From Stylophora pistillata (lineage: Eukaryota): a stretch of 64,000 nt of DNA. Shown here one piece after another: positions 37,901-49,100 of this stretch. Each line of letters opens with the position of its first letter. Within the stretch, counting starts at the first letter, position 1. The position numbers were made by a program, and so were the translations under genes. Location: positions 11,316 to 75,315 of the forward strand of contig NW_019218627.1 of assembly GCF_002571385.2 (NCBI RefSeq). Reading direction: 5' to 3'. The notes under the pieces are model-generated. The model saw only the letters and a list, made by a program, of their open reading frames with translations. It had not been told where the DNA came from and did no database searches.

Positions 37901-39952
37901 GAGAACAGTATGGAGAATATGACAGGGTTCGTAAACTTTTTCAGGCCAAAGATTCAAGGACTTTTCAAGGACTTTCCAGGACCCCACTTAGAAATTTCAA
38001 GGACTTTTTGTAATGGCAATTTCATCTCAAAACCAAGAAAAATATTTCTGTTAACATCTATGTTTTGCATTTACCGATGGTACAAAACAAAAGCAGATAT
38101 TTTTCGATGTTGTTGAATAAAAAAATTAAGGACTTTCAAGGACCCAAAACGAAATTCAAGTACTTTCAAGGCCTTGAAATCGGCCTCCTGACAAAAAAAA
38201 AACAAAAACAAAAAAAAACAAAAGCAGGTATTTTTTGATGCTGTTAAATAAAAAAATCAAGGACTTTCAAGGACCCAAAACAAAATTCAAGTACTTTCAA
38301 GGCCTTGAAATCAGCCTCCTGAAATTCAAGGGTTTTCAAGACACGTACGAACCCTGATATGACTACTGATGTTAGGGTAGAAAGGGTTAGGCATGACATT
38401 AATTAAGAAGCATGACCTTGAGAAGCATAACCACTGGTTTTGATTTGGATGGTTTACACAGCTGTGATTGGTGCAATTATAAACCTTGGTGTTCTGATGA
38501 TATGTTCCAAATGGCAAGAGTACCATATAACCCCATATATTAATTACGCATTCAGACTAGTAGACTTTGTTTTTGAAGTTTTGTCGTGAAAGACAAAGAA
38601 GTGGAATGTATGGGGTTCTATGGTACTCTTTCTGTTCCAAACTTGCCTGAGTGATCTGTTGTGGTTCTTAAGTTGTTGCCCTTCCTGATTTCCTTATAAT
38701 AACATAAAGCAAAAACAGCTACAGGACAGCCATACACTGTATGACAAATTAATGATGTGGTCAAGTTTGAACATGTATGCACCATTTTTTTTTTCAAAAC
38801 AACCTAAATAGCTGCCGTCGTTAAAAAGCTACTGAATCATCATATCAAAACCCATAACAAAAACTCACAAATACCTGGAAATTTGGTTAAGCATGTTGTT
38901 TGGGAAGTTTTCATTCACGTTCGCGTTCGTAAGGCTTTAATTTACAATTGGAACAATTCAAATTACAATTACAATATTCATTATTTCAAGAGGGTAAATA
39001 CATGATTAACCCAGTAAAGAGTTTTCTAACACATGGCCCTCTGTAAACCCACCCATCCCACCCCAGGGAGGACATCCATCANNNNNNNNNNNNNNNNNNN
39101 NNNNNNNNNNNNNNNNNNNNNNNNNNNNNNNNNNNNNNNNNNNNNNNNNNNNNNNNNNNNNNNNNNNNNNNNNNNNNNNNNNNNNNNNNNNNNNNNNNNN
39201 NNNNNNNNNNNNNNNNNNNNNNNNNNNNNNNNNNNNNNNNNNNNNNNNNNNNNNNNNNNNNNNNNNNNNNNNNNNNNNNNNNNNNNNNNNNNNNNNNNNN
39301 NNNNNNNNNNNNNNNNNNNNNNNNNNNNNNNNNNNNNNNNNNNNNNNNNNNNNNNNNNNNNNNNNNNNNNNNNNNNNNNNNNNNNNNNNNNNNNNNNNNN
39401 NNNNNNNNNNNNNNNNNNNNNNNNNNNNNNNNNNNNNNNCCTATCCGAGAAGACTACAATATCTAACCATTTTTTGATGTTATAGAAAGGCAGCAAATTC
39501 TTCTCAATTATTTTAAGACCCTGAGTGTTGGTCCGGCCGGGGCTCGAACCCTCGACCTCCCGCACAACAGTCCAGCGCTCTATCCATTGAGCTAACCGAG
39601 AGGCGGTCAAAACGAAATGAAAACGTTGTGCATTCGAATCCTGCCATAGTTTACCTCGTCATCACTTCCCTCCGATGAGTCCAAGTCGCTGTCTGAATCT
39701 CCGGATCGCTGTGGCTTGGAGTTATTATCATTCGCTGGTCTCGAACGCTTAGCGAGTGACTTCAATTCCTGAAATCAACAACAACTCTCCATGTCACCAA
39801 CACTTGAACACACGGTAAACAATTCAGATATCTGCAAAATTCTGGATCACCTCCTCTAAGTCTTGTTCACTCTCATCATCGTCGCTGCTTGATTCCACTG
39901 CGACGCGTTTTCTTTTGCGTTTCGAGTCGTTGCCTTCCTTCGATTTCCCCAT
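28983..39952 (-). CDS. RTF1: RNA polymerase-associated protein RTF1 (PAF1 complex), 17 exons, 673 aa
   Basis: Exons 39952-39851, 39768-39655, 37695-37575, 36278-35771, 35675-35595, 35110-35020, 34234-34152, 33976-33889, 33695-33588, 33037-32960, 32777-32656, 31988-31931, 31426-31355, 31109-31008, 30336-30301, 29920-29773, 29092-28983 (2022 nt). HMD ([24 protein letters not shown]), Plus3 ([34 protein letters not shown]) and C-terminal [16 protein letters not shown]. Confidence 0.95.
30570..30683. repeat. 38-bp tandem repeat x3 (RTF1 intron)
   Basis: CACTGCTACATGGTATATAGTATATTAAGTAAAAAGCT repeated three times. Confidence 0.9.
34565..34677. repeat. 38-bp tandem repeat x3 (RTF1 intron)
   Basis: GAGTTGCTTATTCTCACAG(T/C)GCTGCCATCTATTGAGGA three times with no spacers. 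Confidence 0.9.
36343..36557. mobile_element. TTAA-flanked (piggyBac-like) MITE copy
   Basis: TTAACCCTTAGACTCCC...AGTAAAGGGTTAA; TTAA ends with CCC/GGG inverted termini. Confidence 0.7.
37923..38356. mobile_element. hAT-type MITE with 6-bp TSD, nested inside a TTAA-MITE (37741-38389)
   Basis: TIRs CAGGGTTCGTA / TACGAACCCTG; ATATGA on both sides (37917-37922, 38357-38362); internal ~130-bp duplication; host MITE resumes after the insertion. Confidence 0.8.
38940..39608 (-). mobile_element. tRNA-derived SINE (Nin/Deu-domain type), interrupted by an assembly gap
   Basis: Minus strand: TTAGCTCAATGG (A box) ... GGTTCGAGCCC (B box), then non-tRNA body ...GTCTTCTCGGATAGG; tail with (TGTAAT)n near 38960. 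Confidence 0.75.
39082..39439. other. Assembly gap (others: 41549-42487, 57128-57963, 59946-59966)
   Basis: Runs of N; at least two abut recognisable repeats. Confidence 1.
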
Positions 39953-40136
39953 GTTTGCACTCGAGAACATTCAGAAGAAGGCTAGGTTACGAGGCGTCAA
40001 CCAGCTAAATGCATCGTGGGATAGAAACTTGGCTACCAAGTCTGTTGTCGTCCCCAGATCTTTTCATCGACTCAGCACTTTTCGAGTGCTTTGATTGCTC
40101 TTCTTGAACAGTTCCTTCATGAAAGTGACCAAAGAT
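39953..40136. promoter_or_regulatory. Bidirectional promoter region RTF1/ZFYVE1
   Basis: Divergent ATGs at 39952 and 40137 (184 bp apart); ZNF143/STAF-like TCCCACGATGCA on the minus strand at ~40010-40021. Confidence 0.7.
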
Positions 40137-43100
40137 ATGGCTGCCACTTTACCCGATGACGATGATCTAGATGAAGTTATGCTTATGAACCATCCTGTAA
40201 CAAAATCCTCCGCTCGAAGTGGCAAGGTAAGCTAATACTTTCGAAGACGGTGACGAATTTTGATCACCATTAATTGAATTGTTTTGATCCGGATCCAGCA
40301 ATTTTTCATACCTGCATCGTACCGCAACAGCTGTTTTTTGTGATTTTGAAACAATAAAAAATTGAATTTCATCCGATTTTTATCATTTCTTGAATTAAAT
40401 TTTTTATTTAACCTCTTTTTTTTAAGGAAAGGAAAAATGAACCCACTGCAACATCAAGAGTTAGAGAAGACATTTCCCAAGCGCCGAAGAGCTTTTTGTT
40501 GCTTAACGAAATGGAAATTCTCCAGGTAACCTTGGACCTTGAATGTAAAATAGTGGTCACTAATTTATCTACACCTTTGCGAATATTTGATTTATCCAAA
40601 ATCTGGATTTTCCCGGTTCGTTCCTAAATAGTGAGGCTAACTTAAATAAACGTTGCAATATGTGTTACAGTAGTACTTTGAACCCGGTTATCTGGCGTTA
40701 CCATGTATAATACACAGGTTGTTGGTGAAGTTTAGCTCCCTAACCACTAGTTATGGTTAGCTTGTAACTTCTACTCACAAAAATTGGTTAAACTAATTAA
40801 TCAAAGTAGCTTTGTAGCTGATAAGCTTGTCTGCGCTGCATGATATCATAAGCTGTGGATATTTGTATTTATGTTGACGTAACTAACGTGATCAGTTTGG
40901 AGCTGAGAATTTGACAATTAGCGCCATGCATGAGGATAAACAAAGCTGCTTGCTATGGAGTGATTGGTAAAATTATATTTCAATGAAATATTTAGGATAA
41001 TAGCAAAATGGGATTTTATCTCATGTAAGACTGTATTTATCTAAGCAAAGAGTCAGAATACATGAACTAAAAGACTAGTTTGTTTCTTTGAAGTTTCTGC
41101 CTGAATAGAGCTTTGCAAGAAGGCATTGCAATTTTTTTCTTTTGTCATGACAAAAACCCTAGATTGATCTGTTATGATTATAAAGCTGGCATTTCAAGTG
41201 TTAGCCCTCCCTCAGTTAACCCATTCCATCTGGATATGGGCTTTAACACCATAAACACACGCTTTAGAATCTCTTTGTGATGGTCAATTTATATTTATCA
41301 ACTCAGTTGATTTAAATCAATTTACAGTATCTTATAATACCCCCCAACGATGCAGCACCACAGTTTTTTGGGAAACTTACCCCTTTTATTAGTCTCTTAC
41401 AATTATAAAGGCTGATAGTTTCAAAAGAAACTGTTTGGGGCTGCGTCGGTGGGAGTAACGAAATAATTTCGATATATCAACAAAGTTGAAATGGTAAATT
41501 GGCCACCGTAATGATTACAAAAGCTGACGTTTCGAGCGTTAGCCCTTCNNNNNNNNNNNNNNNNNNNNNNNNNNNNNNNNNNNNNNNNNNNNNNNNNNNN
41601 NNNNNNNNNNNNNNNNNNNNNNNNNNNNNNNNNNNNNNNNNNNNNNNNNNNNNNNNNNNNNNNNNNNNNNNNNNNNNNNNNNNNNNNNNNNNNNNNNNNN
41701 NNNNNNNNNNNNNNNNNNNNNNNNNNNNNNNNNNNNNNNNNNNNNNNNNNNNNNNNNNNNNNNNNNNNNNNNNNNNNNNNNNNNNNNNNNNNNNNNNNNN
41801 NNNNNNNNNNNNNNNNNNNNNNNNNNNNNNNNNNNNNNNNNNNNNNNNNNNNNNNNNNNNNNNNNNNNNNNNNNNNNNNNNNNNNNNNNNNNNNNNNNNN
41901 NNNNNNNNNNNNNNNNNNNNNNNNNNNNNNNNNNNNNNNNNNNNNNNNNNNNNNNNNNNNNNNNNNNNNNNNNNNNNNNNNNNNNNNNNNNNNNNNNNNN
42001 NNNNNNNNNNNNNNNNNNNNNNNNNNNNNNNNNNNNNNNNNNNNNNNNNNNNNNNNNNNNNNNNNNNNNNNNNNNNNNNNNNNNNNNNNNNNNNNNNNNN
42101 NNNNNNNNNNNNNNNNNNNNNNNNNNNNNNNNNNNNNNNNNNNNNNNNNNNNNNNNNNNNNNNNNNNNNNNNNNNNNNNNNNNNNNNNNNNNNNNNNNNN
42201 NNNNNNNNNNNNNNNNNNNNNNNNNNNNNNNNNNNNNNNNNNNNNNNNNNNNNNNNNNNNNNNNNNNNNNNNNNNNNNNNNNNNNNNNNNNNNNNNNNNN
42301 NNNNNNNNNNNNNNNNNNNNNNNNNNNNNNNNNNNNNNNNNNNNNNNNNNNNNNNNNNNNNNNNNNNNNNNNNNNNNNNNNNNNNNNNNNNNNNNNNNNN
42401 NNNNNNNNNNNNNNNNNNNNNNNNNNNNNNNNNNNNNNNNNNNNNNNNNNNNNNNNNNNNNNNNNNNNNNNNNNNNNNNNNNNNNNTTTAAGGAAAGTGT
42501 AATGATGAGTTTAGGATAAAAGAGCTTATTTTAATACTTGACAACTTGGAATTTAATACCTGAGCAGTCATAGTCATGTACATGTTCAAAAGCGGCCAGA
42601 TGTCACTAACAACCCTGAATAGGCATATCATTGTTAGATCAGTACTATTAGCATGCTTATTCTGATTAGTTCATTTTCATATGCATAATATGTTTACTGC
42701 TTGTATATACTCTGTAGCCTGCTAATTTATTATTAATATTTATTATTTTTATAATATTAATTATAGTATTTGTTACACAAAGGTTATTTAAAAGTAAGTT
42801 ATCAATTTAAGAATAAACACTAGCGAGAAAAACACACAACGTTTCGATGACTCCATGTCATCATTCTCAAGTGAGAAGAGAATAAAAATGAATAGTTAAT
42901 TTATACCGTACGAAGGTGGCAAACGTAAAAAGTTTAAAATATTTAAAATATTTAAATAAATAATTGTGTGTTATCAATCACTGTCTTATATTGTATTAGT
43001 TTTGATAATTATGGTAAATGCCTTTGGTATCAGATTTTTAGTGTTTATACAGTCATGTACATAAATTATTTTAATTAATTATTTTGTTAATAATTACCAT

Positions 43101-46100
43101 GGTCACCACTCTCTCCTTCAGGTGCATACAGTAGAGGACTTCATTGCTAAGTTGTCCTGTCATGGCGACACCAGCATGAAAGTTGTATCCATATTTGGTA
43201 ACACAGGTGATGGAAAATCACACACCCTTAACCATGTCTTCTTCTGTGGCAAAGAAGTATTTGGGACTTCACCATCTCAGCTCTCCTGCACAGTTGGTGT
43301 TTGGGCTGCCTATGATGAGGGTAGTCGGGTGGTTGTCTTGGATACCGAAGGGCTATTGGGTATGTCAGGCAATCAGAACCAACGTACAAGGCTATTACTG
43401 AAGGTCCTAGCAATATCTGACATTATCATCTATAGGACAAGAGCTGAAAGGCTCCACACAGACATGTTTACTTTCTTGGGGGATGCATCAGATGCCTATC
43501 TAAAACATTTCACCAAGGAGCTGAAAGATGCTACAGAACGATGCCACATGGATGTGCCCCTATGCAATCTTGGTCCAGCTGTGATCATCTTTCATGAGAC
43601 ACAGCATACCCATTTACTAGGAGTGTCAGAGAATGAGGCAAATCCATCAGGTTTGGATAATTTTGCAGCTTTGAAATCAGTTGATAAATACTGTAATTTC
43701 TCTAATAAGTGCCTACAGGTGCCAGGGCTTGACACTGACAGACCAGCCATTACTAGCCACAGACTAGCAGAAATTCAGTTTTCAATTGGCAAGTGGTTTT
43801 CAATTTTCACCAGCCAGTTTGGCCAGTAAACAAACTGAAATTGTTGTAACATCTAAGTTGTCATTAACCACTTGGCTAGTAAGTTAAAAAGTTAGTTTCG
43901 AGCCCTGGGTGCTTCAAATTTTTGCTAAATTAAATTAAGTGGAGGGGCACTTATGGAAGAAGGATGGAGGTTAATAGAGGGTGGTGCTTATTTTACTCTC
44001 CTGTACAGATTCCACTATAGCTGAAGGTTAAAAAGTTATAGATAAAAGGGGCACAGTAGAAATAGGTTTTCCATCATGTATCCCTATTATTTAAGGTAGT
44101 GAGAGTTTGAGAGAGGGGCCCCGGGGACAGTAATGTTTATTATAGAGCACTTAATTATTCAAGGAAATACAGTATGTCAATTGATTTTGAATTTCTTTTT
44201 GAATCTGAAGTAGTTCTAAAGATTGAATTATACTCCTGATTTTATATTCTGCCACTCAAAAATTCTTTTTTTTTTTAATTTTCCTTCTGTAACAGAAAAT
44301 CTGAAGAGTCCTGATGAGATTTTAAAGGAGAGATTTGCAAATGTAGGAAGAGTTCCTCATGCATTTAGTTCTATCAAGTACCTAGGAACAAGGACAGAGA
44401 CTCCACCAACAAACTTCAAGGGATTGAAGCAAGCTGTAAAGGGATGTTTAGGGGACAGCTCTGTGCGCTCGTCACGATCACCTACTGTCATTTATAAAGC
44501 TTTGATGGTAATTTCTCTAGATTAGTTAACAGTCTTTGACAGCTAATCACACCCAAATCACACATTAAGGTCACAAGAATTAAGAAAATGATCTTAAAGT
44601 AAAGGAGCTCCTGATTATTAACAAATTCTCCTTGTTAGCACCTTTGGAAACTTGTAGTGAATAGTATGAAGAATATGCATGCTGATGTCAGGATGTAAAG
44701 AATTCAACGATACAGGTCAATTGCACTCGTTAGTCTGGGAAAAACTAAGACCACATTAACTGTGGTCGCTTACATGAAAATGACCAACAAACCAAATTGA
44801 ATCCAGTTGAAATTCTTTGTCATATTCTTTGCCAGCATGTGCTTGGGTCCAGTTAGCAGTTACTAGACAGAACTGAATTTATTTGGAATTGTTGATCATT
44901 AGATTCTCATCATAGGTCAGGGCTTTAAATTAATTTACACTAACTTTTCAATTTACTAGCCAAGTGGCTAGTGACAACTTAGATACTACGATAATTTCAG
45001 TTTGTTTACTAGCCAAACTCACTGGTGGAAATAAAAAACCGCCAGACAAAACTGAATTTCTTCTAGTCTGTGGCTAGTTAGCTACCATTAGTGTCAATGG
45101 AGCTCTGCAGGTTTAAAGTCTGATCTGTTTAAGTAACCAGGTGATAATGCTGGAATTGCTGAAGGCCTAATGCAGGTGAAATACCTATGGCCTTATAGCT
45201 GAGGGAAGTGTTTCTTGTACAGGTATACAATTAGTAGGCTGAATGTTAAAGTTAACTGAGAGAAGTGCAATGAAAAAAGGTTCTCAGAAATTATTATTTA
45301 AACTAACTAGACCTAAAGGAGGTAAGGGCCAGTAAGTAAAGGAGTGTTAAACGCAGTGAGTAATGAGTGTTATATTCAATAACATGTACCTGTTTGTGTC
45401 CTTCCTCTGAAATCTGTAAAGGGACTAATTATTAGATGGGGAGGGGGGAAGGGTTGGTCAATAACTGTAATTATGATCATTGTGTTACTAATTTTTTTAC
45501 ATCCAAGTTTCTCTCCTTTCCTTTTCATCAGCTCCTAAATGAGAAGTTCAGTGGGGACATTGAAAGAACAATACCAAACACTTTCCCTGACGAATATTTC
45601 ACTTGCCAGGCAGCGTGCCTCTCATGCCAGTAAGCACAAGGTTTATGGTTACCACCTTATACAACAAAATTTGTTGTTACTAATGACTGTAATTTTTGTC
45701 AATGGTGTAGGCTAACTGTACATGTCCAGCAAAGAGTAGTGGTGCTGTCTGTGACAGTACCTGACACGATCATGCATTGCAAAGGTCGACATCATCAGAG
45801 TCTACTGATTCAGAAGATTAATAATGTCAGTTGAATGTTGTAACCCCTAACCCCCTAATAGAGTGGCAAGCGTCTGATATCTCCTAATGATACCACAGCT
45901 GAGTTGAACAATCATGAAGGTCATGGGAATAAATGAAAAGATTGCCAACTTGATTAAGAAGCTCTTGATCCTCAAATAAATTGTTCTTGTTAGTACATAA
46001 TTTGACTGGAAATGTACAGAGAACAGTATATGGAATATGTAGTACATACTTAGTATACACCAAATGCAAATAGGGCATCCAATTTGAGTTGCCATTGTTC

Positions 46101-49100
46101 TGGACTCACTAACCTCGTCTTCACGTGGAAACACAAAAGGATTATTACATGTGTGAGAGGCTAGTGAGTCCAGAACAATGGCGACTCAAATTGGATGCCA
46201 TATTTGCATTTGGTGTGTAAGACTAGTTTATCTCTACAAGCTTTGAATTTATTGTCTTCTGGAAATGTGTTCATTTAGCTCATTGTTGACTTTGGGCAAA
46301 CTTACTTACTTACAAGATTTCTCAGTGCTTTCTAACATGATTATCATGATGTTTACTTATGGAACAAACTTATTTGGTTTTAATACTTCTAGAGCACGCT
46401 GTCAAAAGAGCATGAAACACGAGAATGAGGAATCATCAGCACACCACAGTGATGTCAGATGTCGCTATCAAGCCCAGTTTGACAACAGGATTTTTACTTG
46501 TAGGGTGAGCTCACTATGAAATCTAATTCCTTTAAATATCTTGTGAAATTATTCTTGGGAAATTCACAGATTTTTCACAGGATTTTCATGGTTAAATTAA
46601 TAGCATTTTCATGGTCTCAGTGCTATGAAAAAGACGTAAAAAATTCCATGAAAAACCAGTGAAAATTTTAACATTCACAACTCATGAAATATTGTGTAAG
46701 GTGACCTAGATGCCATAAAATAGCCATGGAAATGGCATTTCATGACCTTTTTAAAGGTACTGAAAACCCATGAATTTCATGTCAAAAAAAAAAAAAAAAT
46801 TCATGGTTTTAAAATTCTTAGTCTAGTTTTTAATGGGATGCAACAAGTCATGACCCATGAATATTCTGTGAATATGTGACAAGCACATAATAACTATATA
46901 CACCGTATGCATACTTTTCCATTCTCATGACTATGAGAGACTCTTGGGAGTTTTAATTTATACAACAAGCTTTCTTTACCAGGGTTAATCCTTTAACTTC
47001 CAGGAGTGATTGACCCACACATGACCAAGACAGAACTCCTCCTTACTTTATCAATACTGACACTACAAAAGATCAAGCTGACTAGTGTGGAGAATAAAGA
47101 AAAATATCAATTAGGGATCCGAATTATTAGTTGGTCCAATACCAAATTGTCAAATTTAAAACCACAAGAATTATTATTATGGCAGACAGTGAGAAGAATT
47201 ACTAAATGGAGATCTTGGAATTGATAGGGTTAATGTAGTACTATATGCAGTCATAATTATTGATTTCTGACCTATTAATGAGAGTACATTACTCTCTGTC
47301 ACTGTAGTCGCACTAGTTTGTGCATGTGGTATCCTCTTAGGGCATGATATGGTTACATGATTGTATAATTTAATGAATAAGATTAATTTTATCAGAAATA
47401 AACAGCAGGTGTGGCATGCATGCGGTTCCCTTACTGTGTTTTTTTGTTTGTTTGTTTTTGTTTTAATAAAGGCCTGTTATGAGAGGGGAAAACAGAATTT
47501 GGTTGTTCCAAAAATGTGCTCCTCCAATGATTCATCTTGGCTTGGACTTGCTAAATATGCCTGGTCAGGGTAAGCACTTGCAATTACTAAAATAATTATT
47601 GATAAATATTTAGGAAGTCTGTTTTCCTCTAGATTTATTTCCACTTCGAATTCTGGTGCTTCAAAAACACAATGATTTAGCAAGGAATTGAAAAGGATAG
47701 GATATTCCACACTTTCATCACAACAATGTTGACTACAATTATAATAATTATATTATTATTATCATCATTACTTTAATTATTATTCTCATATTATTATATG
47801 TCAAAGTAGTTCTGATAGAGGTAAATCCAAGCATTCTGAGGGGAGAATTAAAGGAGCTTTACCACTAAATTAGTTTACACTGCAATCTCCTTTTCGCTAA
47901 ATGTTATCGGCAGATATGTTCTGGAGTGCCCAGAATGTGGTGTCATCTACCGTAGCCGCCAGTACTGGTTTGGAAATGAGGACCCAGTTAAGACTGTGGT
48001 TAGGACTGAGCTTCGCCATGCATGGCCTGGGGTGAGATTAGGCTTTACGACAAATCCAGCCCCTTTTTTCCCAATGATTCATGAAAATCTGCAACAGTGC
48101 TTGGAGAAACAGTCTCCTATTTTTTATATTAAGAAAAAAATTTAAACCACACTTACGATTGGTCTATCAGCCTACTAACCTATGCGGGATGTCAGGGGAA
48201 CACAAGAAAAATTTGTAAATCACAAGTTGGAGGCAGGTGATGTATAAACTTTTTGAGTATTCCTGAAATTCCAAGAGGGTCATTATGCCAGGAGAGCAAT
48301 AGAGAATATGGTCCATGGCAATTATAAAATAAAGTTAAAACAAAACACAACACATTTCAATTTTCTATGGGTTAATACCACACAGGTGCAATAGATTAAA
48401 GGTTTTTCATTTAAAGGAAGGAAAGGGAGGGATTTCTCTCTTAATGTTCTTTGTTTGTGATACAGGAATAGGTTACCTAAAAGAGAGAGCCATTTGTGCT
48501 AAGTTTCAGAAGAGTTTTTTTTGGGAGGACAGTTTTCCAATTTTTTTTGTTTTTTGTTTACCAAATGGAAGAATCTCATAATCAGGGGCTCATTGCCGTA
48601 ACAGTAACACTGTAAACAGTATAAGGATATATCGCTTTGTTATCTGGGTGTGGTCAAATATCTTTTACACAACAAAGCCTGTTGTAACTATCAGTTATTA
48701 TAACATGACAGGGCATGGTGAATGGCCCTCTCTCTGTTTTAAACAAGGATGAAAATTGTAGATTAGTATGCTTTTTGTATTCAGCAAACATTTGCTAAGC
48801 TGGATGGTGGCAATGCGGCCAGACGGTTTTTGGATCATATCAGTTATGTCACTGATGCAGTTAGCAGTCTCAGCAGTCCTTCCAGTCAGGCAGTAACCAA
48901 CTGGATCACAGACCAAGTGGCCCCAGATTATTGGGTCCCAAATTCTGAAATAACTGTAAGTTAGAAGAACCTTTATCTCATTTTGCTGGGAACTGTCTCT
49001 GCATACACAGCAGTCATACATGATGAGGGCTTAGGCTCAAAATGGCAACATTAAAAACCCTTCACCGTGGCCAATTTATTTTTAATTATCAACTCTGATG

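Noticed and set aside
39530-39608. tRNA gene
   Set aside because: A and B boxes are present but there is no proper acceptor stem or terminator; the sequence continues into a SINE body also found at 59210-59423.
41499-42491. Long ORFs spanning N runs (also 39026-39610 and 56999-58023)
   Set aside because: Artefacts of translating assembly gaps.
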